Assembly: GCA_964057225.1 (NCBI GenBank)
Contig: OZ059898.1
Location: forward strand, 4,216,001-4,280,000
DNA: 64,000 bases
Direction: 5' to 3'
DNA from: Auanema rhodensis
Lineage: Eukaryota; Animalia; Nematoda
Position 1 is the first letter of the stretch. Each line of letters begins with the position of its first letter. This document shows, piece by piece, positions 45,201-58,500 of this stretch. A program made the translations under genes and the position numbers. The notes beneath the pieces are model-generated. The model saw only the letters and a list, made by a program, of their open reading frames with translations. It made no database searches and was not told the DNA's origin.

Positions 45201-48200
45201 CACAAGTTGGGTATTCAGATGTGTAGATTCTGAATTTCTTGGTGAGATTTGGCTGTGACTTTTCAAATTTCAGGAAAAAAGGTTTATATAGACCCTATCC
45301 ACAAGATTTGTTCACAAAAAAGTTCAGGCTGTAGGCACGTTGTGTCCGGTGATTGTTCGATTTTGTCAAAGATTATCAACTATAATCAAATAAAATTATT
45401 CTGAGGTTGGGTATCCAGATGTGTAGATTCTGAATTTCTTGGTGAGATTTGGCTGTGACTTTTCAAATTTCAGCAAAAAAGGTTTATATAGACCCTATCC
45501 ACAAGATTTGTTCACAAAAAAGTTCAGGCTGTAGGCACGTTGTGTCCGGTGATTGTTCGATTTTGTCAAAGATTATCAACTATAATCAAATAAAAATGTT
45601 CACAAGTTGGGTATTCAGATGTGTAGATTCTGAATTTCTTGGTGAGATTTGGCTGTGACTTTTCAAATTTCAGCAAAAAAGGTTTATATAGACCCTATCC
45701 ACAAGATTTGTTCACAAAAAAGTTCAGGCTGTAGGCACGTTGTGTCCGGTGATTGTTCGATTTTGTCAAAGATTATTAACTATAATCAGATAAAAATGTT
45801 CACAAGTTGGGTATTCAGATGTGTAGATTCTGAATTTCTTGGTGAGATTTGGCTGTGACTTTTCAAATTTCAGGAAAAAAGGTTTATATAGACCCTATCC
45901 ACAAGATTTGTTCACAAAAAAGTTCAGGCTGTAGGCACGTTGTGTCCGGTGATTGTTCGATTTTGTCAAAGATTATCAACTATAATCAAATAAAAATGTT
46001 CACAAGTTGGGTATTCAGATGTGTAGATTCTGAAATTCTTGGTGAGATTTGGCTGTGACTTTTCAAATTTCAGGAAAAAAGGTTTATATAGACCCTATCC
46101 ACAAGATTTGTTCACAAAAAAGTTCAGGTTGTAGGCACGTTGTGTCCGGTGATTGTTCGATTTTGTCAAAGATTATCAACTATAATCAAATAAAAATATT
46201 CTGAGGTTGGGTATCCAGATGTGTAGATTCTGAATTTCTTGGTGAGATTTGGCTGTGACTTTTCAAATTTCAGGAAAAAAGGTTTATATAGACCCCATCC
46301 ACAAGATTTGTTCACAAAAAAGTTCAGGCTGTAGGCACGTTGTGTCCGGTGATTGTTCGATTTTGTCAAAGATTATCAACTATAATCAAATAAAAATGTT
46401 CACAAGTTGGGTATTCAGATGTGTAGATTCTGAATTTCTTGGTGAGATTTGGCTGTGACTTTTCAAATTTCAGGAAAAAAGGTTTATATAGACCCTATCC
46501 ACAAGATTTGTTCACAAAAAAGTTCAGGTTGTAGGCACGTTGTGTCCGGTGATTGTTCGATTTTGTCAAAGATTATTAACTATAATCAAATAAAAATATT
46601 CTGAGGTTGGGTATTCAGATGTGTAGATTCTGAAATTCTTGGTGAGATTTGGCTGTGACTTTTCAAATTTCAGCAAAAAAGGTTTATATAGACCCCATCC
46701 ACAAGATTTGTTCACAAAAAAGTTCAGGCTGTAGGCACGTTGTGTCCGGTGATTGTTCGATTTTGTCAAAGATTATCAACTATAATCAAATAAAAATATT
46801 CTGAGGTTGGGTATCCAGATGTGTAGATTCTGAAATTCTTGGTGAGATTTGGCTGTGACTTTTCAAATTTCAGGAAAAAAGGTTTATATAGACCCCATCC
46901 ACAAGATTTGTTCACAAAAAAGTTCAGGCTGTAGGCACGTTGTGTCCAGTCATTGTTCGATTTTGTCAAAGATTATCAACTATAATCAAATAAAAATATT
47001 CTGAGGTTGGGTATCCAGATGTGTAGATTCTGAAATTCTTGGTGAGATTTGGCTGTGACTTTTCAAATTTCAGGAAAAAAGGTTTATATAGACCCCATCC
47101 ACAAGATTTGTTCACAAAAAAGTTTAGGCTTTAGGCACGTTGTGTCCGGTGATTGTTCGATTTTGTCAAAGATTATTAACTATAATCAAATAAAAATGTT
47201 CACAAGTTGGGTATTCAGATGTGTAGATTCTGAATTTCTTGGTGAGATTTGGCTGTGACTTTTCAAATTTCAGGAAAAAAGGTTTATATAGACCCTATCC
47301 ACAAGATTTGTTCACAAAAAAGTTCAGGTTGTAGGCACGTTGTGTCCGGTGATTGTTCGATTTTGTCAAAGATTATTAACTATAATCAAATAAAAATATT
47401 CTGAGGTTGGGTATCCAGATGTGTAGATTCTGAAATTCTTGGTGAGATTTGGCTGTGACTTTTCAAATTTCAGGAAAAAAGGTTTATATAGACCCCATCC
47501 ACAAGATTTGTTCACAAAAAAGTTTAGGCTTTAGGCACGTTGTGTCCGGTGATTGTTCGATTTTGTCAAAGATTATTAACTATAATCAAATAAAAATGTT
47601 CACAAGTTAGGTATTCAGATGTGTAGATTCTGAAATTCTTGGTGAGATTTGGCTGTGACTTTTCAAATTTCAGGAAAAAAGGTTTATATAGACCCTATCC
47701 ACAAGATTTGTTCACAAAAAAGTTCAGGTTGTAGGCACGTTGTGTCCGGTGATTGTTCGATTTTGTCAAAGATTATTAACTATAATCAAATAAAAATATT
47801 CTGAGGTTGGGTATCCAGATGTGTAGATTCTGAAATTCTTGGTGAGATTTGGCTGTGACTTTTCAAATTTCAGGAAAAAAGGTTTATATAGACCCCATCC
47901 ACAAGATTTGTTCACAAAAAAGTTTAGGCTTTAGGCACGTTGTGTCCGGTGATTGTTCGATTTTGTCAAAGATTATCAACTATAATCAAATAAAAATGTT
48001 CACAAGTTGGGTATTCAGATGTGTAGATTCTGAATTTCTTGGTGAGATTTGGCTGTGACTTTTCAAATTTCAGCAAAAAAGGTTTATATAGACCCTATCC
48101 ACAAGATTTGTTCACAAAAAAGTTCAGGCTGTAGGCACGTTGTGTCCGGTGATTGTTCGATTTTGTCAAAGATTATTAACTATAATCAGATAAAAATGTT

Positions 48201-51200
48201 CACAAGTTGGGTATTCAGATGTGTAGATTCTGAATTTCTTGGTGAGATTTGGCTGTGACTTTTCAAATTTCAGGAAAAAAGGTTTATATAGACCCTATCC
48301 ACAAGATTTGTTCACAAAAAAGTTCAGGCTGTAGGCACGTTGTGTCCGGTGATTGTTCGATTTTGTCAAAGATTATCAACTATAATCAAATAAAAATGTT
48401 CACAAGTTGGGTATTCAGATGTGTAGATTCTGAAATTCTTGGTGAGATTTGGCTGTGACTTTTCAAATTTCAGGAAAAAAGGTTTATATAGACCCCATCC
48501 ACAAGATTTGTTCACAAAAAAGTTCAGGCTGTAGGCACGTTGTGTCCGGTGATTGTTCGATTTTGTCAAAGATTATCAACTATAATCAAATAAAAATATT
48601 CTGAGGTTGGGTATCCAGATGTGTAGATTCTGAATTTCTTGGTGAGATTTGGCTGTGACTTTTCAAATTTCAGGAAAAAAGGTTTATATAGACCCCATCC
48701 ACAAGATTTGTTCACAAAAAAGTTCAGGCTGTAGGCACGTTGTGTCCGGTGATTGTTCGATTTTGTCAAAGATTATCAACTATAATCAAATAAAAATGTT
48801 CACAAGTTGGGTATTCAGATGTGTAGATTCTGAATTTCTTGGTGAGATTTGGCTGTGACTTTTCAAATTTCAGGAAAAAAGGTTTATATAGACCCTATCC
48901 ACAAGATTTGTTCACAAAAAAGTTCAGGTTGTAGGCACGTTGTGTCCGGTGATTGTTCGATTTTGTCAAAGATTATTAACTATAATCAAATAAAAATATT
49001 CTGAGGTTGGGTATTCAGATGTGTAGATTCTGAAATTCTTGGTGAGATTTGGCTGTGACTTTTCAAATTTCAGCAAAAAAGGTTTATATAGACCCTATCC
49101 ACAAGATTTGTTCACAAAAAAGTTCAGGCTGTAGGCACGTTGTGTCCGGTGATTGTTCGATTTTGTCAAAGATTATTAACTATAATCAAATAAAAATGTT
49201 CACAAGTTGGGTATCCAGATGTGTAGATTCTGAAATTCTTGGTGAGATTTGGCTGTGACTTTTCAAATTTCAGCAAAAAAGGTTTATATAGACCCTATCC
49301 ACAAGATTTGTTCACAAAAAAGTTCAGGCTGTAGGCACGTTGTGTCCGGTGATTGTTCGATTTTGTCAAAGATTATTAACTTCAATCAAATAAAAATATT
49401 CTGAGGTTGGGTATTCAGATGTGTAGATTCTGAATTTCTTGGTGAGATTTGGCAGTGACTTTTCAAATTTCAGGAAAAAAGGTTTATATAGACCCCATCC
49501 ACAAGATTTGTTCACAAAAAAGTTCAGGTTGTAGGCACGTTGTGTCCGGTGATTGTTCGATTTTGTCAAAGATTATCAACTATAATCAAATAAAAATATT
49601 CTGAGGTTGGGTATTCAGATGTGTAGATTCTGAATTTCTTGGTGAGATTTGGCAGTGACTTTTCAAATTTCAGGAAAAAAGGTTTATATAGACCCCATCC
49701 ACAAGATTTGTTCACAAAAAAGTTCAGGCTGTAGGCACGTTGTGTCCGGTCATTGTTCGATTTTGTCAAAGATTATCAACTATAATCAAATAAAAATATT
49801 CTGAGGTTGGGTATTCAGATGTGTAGATTCTGAATTTCTTGGTGAGATTTGGCAGTGACTTTTCAAATTTCAGGAAAAAAGGTTTATATAGACCCCATCC
49901 ACAAGATTTGTTCACAAAAAAGTTCAGGCTGTAGGCACGTTGTGTCCGGTCATTGTTCGATTTTGTCAAAGATTATCAACTATAATCAAATAAAAATATT
50001 CTGAGGTTGGGTATCCAGATGTGTAGATTCTGAAATTCTTGGTGAGATTTGGCTGTGACTTTTCAAATTTCAGGAAAAAAGGTTTATATAGACCCCATCC
50101 ACAAGATTTGTTCACAAAAAAGTTTAGGCTTTAGGCACGTTGTGTCCGGTGATTGTTCGATTTTGTCAAAGATTATCAACTATAATCAAATAAAAATATT
50201 CACAAGTTAGGTATTCAGATGTGTAGATTCTGAATTTCTTGGTGAGATTTGGCTGTGACTTTTCAAATTTCAGCAAAAAAGGTTTATATAGACCCTATCC
50301 ACAAGATTTGTTCACAAAAAAGTTCAGGCTGTAGGCACGTTGTGTCTGGTGATTGTTCGATTTTGTCAAAGATTATTAACTATAATCAGATAAAAATGTT
50401 CACAAGTTGGGTATTCAGATGTGTAGATTCTGAAATTCTTGGTGAGATTTGGCTGTGACTTTTCAAATTTCAGGAAAAAAGGTTTATATAGACCCTATCC
50501 ACAAGATTTGTTCACAAAAAAGTTCAGGCTGTAGGCACGTTGTGTCCGGTGATTGTTCGATTTTGTCAAAGATTATCAACTATAATCAAATAAAAATGTT
50601 CACAAGTTGGGTATTCAGATGTGTAGATTCTGAAATTCTTGGTGAGATTTGGCTGTGACTTTTCAAATTTCAGGAAAAAAGGTTTATATAGACCCTATCC
50701 ACAAGATTTGTTCACAAAAAAGTTCAGGTTGTAGGCACGTTGTGTCCGGTGATTGTTCGATTTTGTCAAAGATTATTAACTATAATCAAATAAAAATATT
50801 CTGAGGTTGGGTATCCAGATGTGTAGATTCTGAAATTCTTGGTGAGATTTGGCTGTGACTTTTCAAATTTCAGGAAAAAAGGTTTATATAGACCCTATCC
50901 ACAAGATTTGTTCACAAAAAAGTTCAGGTTGCAGGCACGTTGTGTCCGGTGATTGTTCGATTTTGTCAAAGATTATTAACTATAATCAAATAAAAATATT
51001 CTGAGGTTGGGTATCCAGATGTGTAGATTCTGAAATTCTTGGTGAGATTTGGCTGTGACTTTTCAAATTTCAGGAAAAAAGGTTTATATAGACCCCATCC
51101 ACAAGATTTGTTCACAAAAAAGTTCAGGCTTTAGGCACGTTGTGTCCGGTGATTCTTCGATTTTGTCAAAGATTATTAACTATAATCAAATAAAAATGTT

Positions 51201-54200
51201 CACAAGTTGGGTATTCAGATGTGTAGATTCTGAATTTCTTGGTGAGATTTGGCTGTGACTTTTCAAATTTCAGGAAAAAAGGTTTATATAGACCCCATCC
51301 ACAAGATTTGTTCACAAAAAAGTTCAGGCTGTAGGCACGTTGTGTCTGGTGATTGTTCGATTTTGTCAAAGATTATTAACTATAATCAGATAAAAATGTT
51401 CACAAGTTGGGTATTCAGATGTGTAGATTCTGAATTTCTTGGTGAGATTTGGCTGTGACTTTTCAAATTTCAGGAAAAAAGGTTTATATAGACCCTATCC
51501 ACAAGATTTGTTCACAAAAAAGTTCAGGCTGTAGGCACGTTGTGTCCGGTGATTGTTCGATTTTGTCAAAGATTATTAACTATAATCAAATAAAAATGTT
51601 CACAAGTTGGGTATTCAGATGTGTAGATTCTGAATTTCTTGGTGAGATTTGGCTGTGACTTTTCAAATTTCAGGAAAAAAGGTTTATATAGACCCTATCC
51701 ACAAGATTTGTTCACAAAAAAGTTCAGGCTGTAGGCACGTTGTGTCCGGTGATTGTTCGATTTTGTCAAAGATTATTAACTATAATCAAATAAAAATATT
51801 CTGAGGTTGGGTATCCAGATGTGTAGATTCTGAATTTCTTGGTGAGATTTGGCTGTGACTTTTCAAATTTCAGGAAAAAAGGTTTATATAGACCCTATCC
51901 ACAAGATTTGTTCACAAAAAAGTTCAGGCTGTAGGCACGTTGTGTCCGGTGATTGTTCGATTTTGTCAAAGATTATTAACTATAATCAAATAAAAATGTT
52001 CACAAGTTGGGTATTCAGATGTGTAGATTCTGAATTTCTTGGTGAGATTTGGCTGTGACTTTTCAAATTTCAGGAAAAAAGGTTTATATAGACCCTATCC
52101 ACAAGATTTGTTCACAAAAAAGTTCAGGCTGTAGGCACGTTGTGTCCGGTGATTGTTCGATTTTGTCAAAGATTATTAACTATAATCAAATAAAAATGTT
52201 CACAAGTTGGGTATTCAGATGTGTAGATTCTGAATTTCTTGGTGAGATTTGGCTGTGACTTTTCAAATTTCAGGAAAAAAGGTTTATATAGACCCCATCC
52301 ACAAGATTTGTTCACAAAAAAGTTTAGGCTTTAGGCACGTTGTGTCCGGTGATTGTTCGATTTTGTCAAAGATTATTAACTATAATCAAATAAAAATATT
52401 CTGAGGTTGGGTATCCAGATGTGTAGATTCTGAAATTCTTGGTGAGATTTGGCTGTGACTTTTCAAATTTCAGGAAAAAAGGTTTATATAGACCCCATCC
52501 ACAAGATTTGTTCACAAAAAAGTTTAGGCTTTAGGCACGTTGTGTCCGGTGATTGTTCGATTTTGTCAAAGATTATTAACTATAATCAAATAAAAATGTT
52601 CACAAGTTAGGTATTCAGATGTGTAGATTCTGAATTTCTTGGTGAGATTTGGCTGTGACTTTTCAAATTTCAGCAAAAAAGGTTTATATAGACCCTATCC
52701 ACAAGATTTGTTCACAAAAAAGTTCAGGCTGTAGGCACGTTGTGTCTGGTGATTGTTCGATTTTGTCAAAGATTATTAACTATAATCAGATAAAAATGTT
52801 CACAAGTTGGGTATTCAGATGTGTAGATTCTGAATTTCTTGGTGAGATTTGGCTGTGACTTTTCAAATTTCAGGAAAAAAGGTTTATATAGACCCCATCC
52901 ACAAGATTTGTTCACAAAAAAGTTCAGGCTGTAGGCACGTTGTGTCCGGTGATTGTTCGATTTTGTCAAAGATTATTATTTATAATCAAATAAAAATGTT
53001 CACAAGTTAGGTATTCAGATGTGTAGATTCTGAATTTCTTGGTGAGATTTGGCTGTGACTTTTCAAATTTCAGCAAAAAAGGTTTATATAGACCCTATCC
53101 ACAAGATTTGTTCACAAAAAAGTTCAGGCTGTAGGCACGTTGTGTCTGGTGATTGTTCGATTTTGTCAAAGATTATTAACTATAATCAGATAAAAATGTT
53201 CACAAGTTGGGTATTCAGATGTGTAGATTCTGAATTTCTTGGTGAGATTTGGCTGTGACTTTTCAAATTTCAGCAAAAAAGGTTTATATAGACCCTATCC
53301 ACAAGATTTGTTCACAAAAAAGTTCAGGCTGTAGGCACGTTGTGTCCGGTGATTGTTCGATTTTGTCAAAGATTATTATTTATAATCAAATAAAAATGTT
53401 CACAAGTTAGGTATTCAGATGTGTAGATTCTGAATTTCTTGGTGAGATTTGGCTGTGACTTTTCAAATTTCAGGAAAAAAGGTTTATATAGACCCCATCC
53501 ACAAGATTTGTTCACAAAAAAGTTCAGGCTTTAGGCACGTTGTGTCCGGTGATTGTTCGATTTTGTCAAAGATTATTAACTATAATCAAATAAAAATGTT
53601 CACAAGTTAGGTATTCAGATGTGTAGATTCTGAATTTCTTGGTGAGATTTGGCTGTGACTTTTCAAATTTCAGCAAAAAAGGTTTATATAGACCCTATCC
53701 ACAAGATTTGTTCACAAAAAAGTTCAGGCTGTAGGCACGTTGTGTCTGGTGATTGTTCGATTTTGTCAAAGATTATTAACTATAATCAGATAAAAATGTT
53801 CACAAGTTGGGTATTCAGATGTGTAGATTCTGAATTTCTTGGTGAGATTTGGCTGTGACTTTTCAAATTTCAGCAAAAAAGGTTTATATAGACCCTATCC
53901 ACAAGATTTGTTCACAAAAAAGTTCAGGCTGTAGGCACGTTGTTTCTGGTGATTGTTCGATTTTGCCAAAGATTATTAACTATAATCAAATAAAAATATT
54001 CTGAGGTTGGGTATTCAGATGTGTAGATTCTGAATTTCTTGGTGAGATTTGGCAGTGACTTTTCAAATTTCAGGAAAAAAGGTTTATATAGACCCCATCC
54101 ACAAGATTTGTTCACAAAAAAGTTCAGGCTGTAGGCACGTTGTGTCTGGTGATTGTTCGATTTTGTCAAAGATTATTAACTATAATCAAATAAAAATGTT

Positions 54201-54976
54201 CACAAGTTGGGTATTCAGATGTGTAGATTCTGAATTTCTTGGTGAGATTTGGCTGTGACTTTTCAAATTTCAGGAAAAAAGGTTTATATAGACCCTATCC
54301 ACAAGATTTGTTCACAAAAAAGTTCAGGCTGTAGGCACGTTGTGTCCGGTGATTGTTCGATTTTGTCAAAGATTATCAACTATAATCAAATAAAAATATT
54401 CTGAGGTTGGGTATCCAGATGTGTAGATTCTGAATTTCTTGGTGAGATTTGGCTGTGACTTTTCAAATTTCAGGAAAAAAGGTTTATATAGACCCCATCC
54501 ACAAGATTTGTTCACAAAAAAGTTCAGGCTGTAGGCACGTTGTGTCTGGTGATTGTTCGATTTTGTCAAAGATTATTAACTATAATCAGATAAAAATGTT
54601 CACAAGTTGGGTATTCAGATGTGTAGATTCTGAATTTCTTGGTGAGATTTGGCTGTGACTTTTCAAATTTCAGGAAAAAAGGTTTATATAGACCCTATCC
54701 ACAAGATTTGTTCACAAAAAAGTTCAGGCTGTAGGCACGTTGTGTCCGGTGATTGTTCGATTTTGTCAAAGATTATTAACTATAATCAAATAAAAATGTT
54801 CACAAGTTGGGTATTCAGATGTGTAGATTCTGAATTTCTTGGTGAGATTTGGCTGTGACTTTTCAAATTTCAGGAAAAAAGGTTTATATAGACCCTATCC
54901 ACAAGATTTGTTCACAAAAAAGTTCAGGCTGTAGGCACGTTGTGTCCGGTGATTGTTCGATTTTGTCAAAGATTAT
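39233..54976. repeat. 200-bp tandem satellite, segment 2 (~79 monomers)
   Basis: Same monomer and orientation as segment 1; the register is continuous across the DIRS insertion. Confidence 0.99.
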
Positions 54977-55191
54977 TGTCTCAAAATAATAGAAACATAT
55001 ATTTATATATAATGATTTATTTACTTATTATCCGAACAACCGGATGGGTTTGGTACAACGTATAAGAATAAAATTGGAAAAAGGGTATAAAGAGATCACG
55101 TAAATGTTTCACGTAGATTCAACCGATTCCACAATTCAATATCACAAAAAATGATCTAAAAAGAACTGATTTTCTGTGAATCCACAGAACA
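54977..55191 (-). repeat. 3' LTR of the BEL/Pao element (215 bp)
   Basis: TGTCTCAAAA...CACAGAACA on the + strand; identical to 61625-61839 as read by eye. On the minus strand it is preceded by a short purine tract GGGGAA (55192-55197, putative PPT). Confidence 0.97.
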
Positions 55192-55524
55192 TTCCCCAAA
55201 GAACTTTTGTTATAGTTTGTTAAGGAACAATTCTAAAAATATCTTTTTAATTTCTGTTTATGCCCAATGGCGATAGTTGTTATATACTTGGTCATTAAAC
55301 AATTCTTTTAATTTTTAGTTTTTAATCAGTTGCCTTTGTGATGAATTACAATAAATTTCACGGCTTTTTTACTCTTCTCACGTATCACGTAAAATGACAT
55401 GAGTTTACGTGATTGGCTCCCACCGGAAAACCGTATTTAAAACAATTTGCTTAAATACTATTCATTTACTTTTTAATTAATAATTTATATAAAGAAAAAA
55501 TATTCATAAATATATTCATTTTCT

Positions 55525-58500
55525 TTAAAAATATTTTGTATAATCTACTCTCTCTAAACATCTTAATCTATTTTTCCATGTATCATCTTTTTCTTCCTTA
55601 TTTTGCTCTTTGAGCGTTTCCGGATCTAATGTTTCCATACTCGTTTCATTTTTCTGATTATAAATATCAGAATATATGTTCAACTCAAGCGGAATTAAAT
55701 GATTTATGGATTTTCTTAAAGTTTTTCGATCTGAATTTCTAACTATTGCTGTTCTTATCTCATTATCCTTTGATAGAATAAGTTTCTCTATAATAGCCGT
55801 AGGCCATTTGTTTCTTTTAGTGTTACTCTGTTCACAAAGTACTACATCCCCCACATTGGGTGTTATTTTAGAAAAATGGTTCTCATTACGGAATTTTGTA
55901 TTCGAAGCTCTTAGTTCTTCGATGTAATGTTGACTCCATTCCAGCCAAAAGTTTTCTATTCTCTTGTTACATACTTCTAACCAATTCTTTATCTCATTGT
56001 TAGATTCTAAATTTCTTTTTTGTTCATTATTCTCATAATTTGGCAATAAATTATTCGGATGATAAACCTCTAAACTTAATGGTGTTATTATTTTATCAAA
56101 ATCAGTTTCTAAATTCGTCAATGGACGATTATTCATGATATTCTCAATTTCGCATAAAATAGTGCTTAATTCTTTTTGTGAAACTTGCTTATTTTCTAGG
56201 GTTTTCATCAAATATTTCTTGGTAATACCTATTAGTCTTTCGTAAAATCCACCTTTCCAAGGAGAATGTGGTGTTATAAATTTCCATTGAATTGCTTTCT
56301 GCTCTAATAGAGTTTTAAGAACTTTATCTGATTTTAAAAATTGTGAACCATTGTCACTAATGATGACTTTTGGTATTCGTTTTCGTGCAAAAAATTTTCT
56401 TATATTCAGAATAAATTCATTTGTTGAACAGTTTTCTGCGATATCAATATAAACTGCTCTAGTACTTAAACATGTGATGAGCATAATCCAGACTTTTTTA
56501 TTTCTTTCAGTGTCTGTTGATACATACAGTGGACCTGCATAATCTATTCCTACATTTTCAAAAGGTTTAAATTGATTTATCCTGTATTCTGGTAATTGCG
56601 GATAGTTAGGATATTTATATGGTCTGTTATTCAGTTTTTTACATTTAATACATTTTGAGTTTACGTTATTTATCACTGATTTTAACCTTATTATAAAAAA
56701 TTCACTTCTGACAATCGATATCAAAGTATTTCTTGAAGCATGAAGTGTTAAACCATGCATATAGGTTATGAATAAATTGGCATATTGAGTTTTTCCGAAA
56801 ATTAATATAGGATATTTATCTTTTTGATTTTCTTTATCACCTATTCTTCCTCTTACTCTTAGTATACCATTTTCATCTTTAATTATATCGAGGCATTTAT
56901 ATTTTTTCTTTTCTAAACTTTCGATATTTTGTTCTTGATGTAATTTTATAATAATTAATTCTGTTAATTTAGTTTTTTCCGATTCCGAATTTGAATTTTT
57001 AAGGCCTTGTAATAGTTTTGACAATTTGCAGTTATTTTTCATGCTTGAATTGCAAATAAAGACTAATATATTCTTAATTATTTGGATGAATTTTGGAAAT
57101 GAAGAATATTTTTGTACCAGACCATCTAAATTTTCATACTGGATTGGCTTTTTTGAACTAATTAAGAAATTTAAAATTTTTTGACTGAGAATTTCGGGGT
57201 TTACTACTTCTTCCATAGATTTGATATGATTAGAATATAAATTTTTGGATTTTATCCATTTCGGACCATTTTTCCAAACTTCAAATTGTTCATCCTTTTC
57301 GTCAATCCCTCGTGTTGGTATGTCAGCAGGGTTTGATTCTGATTTTACATAAAAAAATTCAATCTTTTTTCCTTCATTTTTGATTTCATCAGTAATCAAA
57401 TTTATTTTTTCTAATCTGTTTTTGATATATACTTTTTTCTGTGGATTTTTAAATATCCAATGTAAGACTACCTGAGAATCTGTGAAAATTTTAATCATTT
57501 CTATTTTCACGTTAATTTCTTTCATGTTTTCTCTCAGTAGTTTCATACCTAGTACTACTGCTGATAGTTCTTTCATAGGTATTGACCCTTCCACCATAGT
57601 GGATGATTTAGAGTTCAGGAATTGAACATTTATCACTTCTTTCATGTTGTTATATTCCACAATGTATGCAACAGCAGCAATTACGTCTTTTGATGCATCC
57701 GTAAATAAAAAATATTCAATTTCATTCGGATTTTGTTCAACTAAGAGTTGCCTTGGGATGTTTATTGTTGTATTTTGTACATTTTTGATGACATTTTGCC
57801 ATTCAGCGTTTAGTTCTTTTTCTTTAATCTCATCGTTCCATTCATTTTTCAGTTCCCATAATTTCTTCATGAATAATTTAGCTTTCAACAAGATTGGTTG
57901 TGATATTCCGATAGGGTCGAAAACCGAGTTTATGAAACTTAGAACGTTTTTTCTTGTTATTTTCTGATTTTTCCATTCCGGAATTTTTATTTGAAACACA
58001 TCTTCATTTTTATTATAATTAATACCTAATATTTTCATGTTTCCATCTTTCATTTTGTCATTTTCAGGAATCTTCCCCATAATTTCTTTATTATTAGTAT
58101 AAAACTCTCTGACGTTCATATTTATCTTAGAAAATAAGTTTTTTATTTCTTCATATAACTTTAAACTTTGATTTTCATTCGTGATTTTCATCATTATGTT
58201 ATCCACATATGTGTTCTTCATCAGATCATCATTAAAATATCTGTTTTCTAGTTTTAAAAAATATATTATACTAGCGGCTAATAAAAAAGGAGAACTGTTG
58301 ACACCAAATGGTATTCTGGTGAATCTGAGATATAACAGATTATTATTAGTGATTTCTTGTTTAAGGTCTTTGATCCATAATATTCTCGTTAAATCACGAT
58401 GTTCATTTTTTAAAGCTATTTGATGAAAGGCTTTTTCTATATCTCCCATTATAAACTCTTTTGTTAATCTTAATCTAATCAGCATGCCTATTAAATTTGG

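Noticed and set aside
55070-55155. Shared words between the BEL LTR and the satellite (TCCACAA-N7-TCACAAAAAA, GGAAAAA.GGT, GTAGATTC), suggesting an LTR-derived satellite
   Set aside because: The longest exact match is 10 nt and mostly poly-A, which is expected by chance between two ~200-bp AT-rich sequences. No continuous alignment is visible; a shuffled-alignment test would settle it.
55192-55524. env-like gene, as found in some nematode BEL elements
   Set aside because: Only ~330 bp lie between the pol stop and the 3' LTR, with no ORF.
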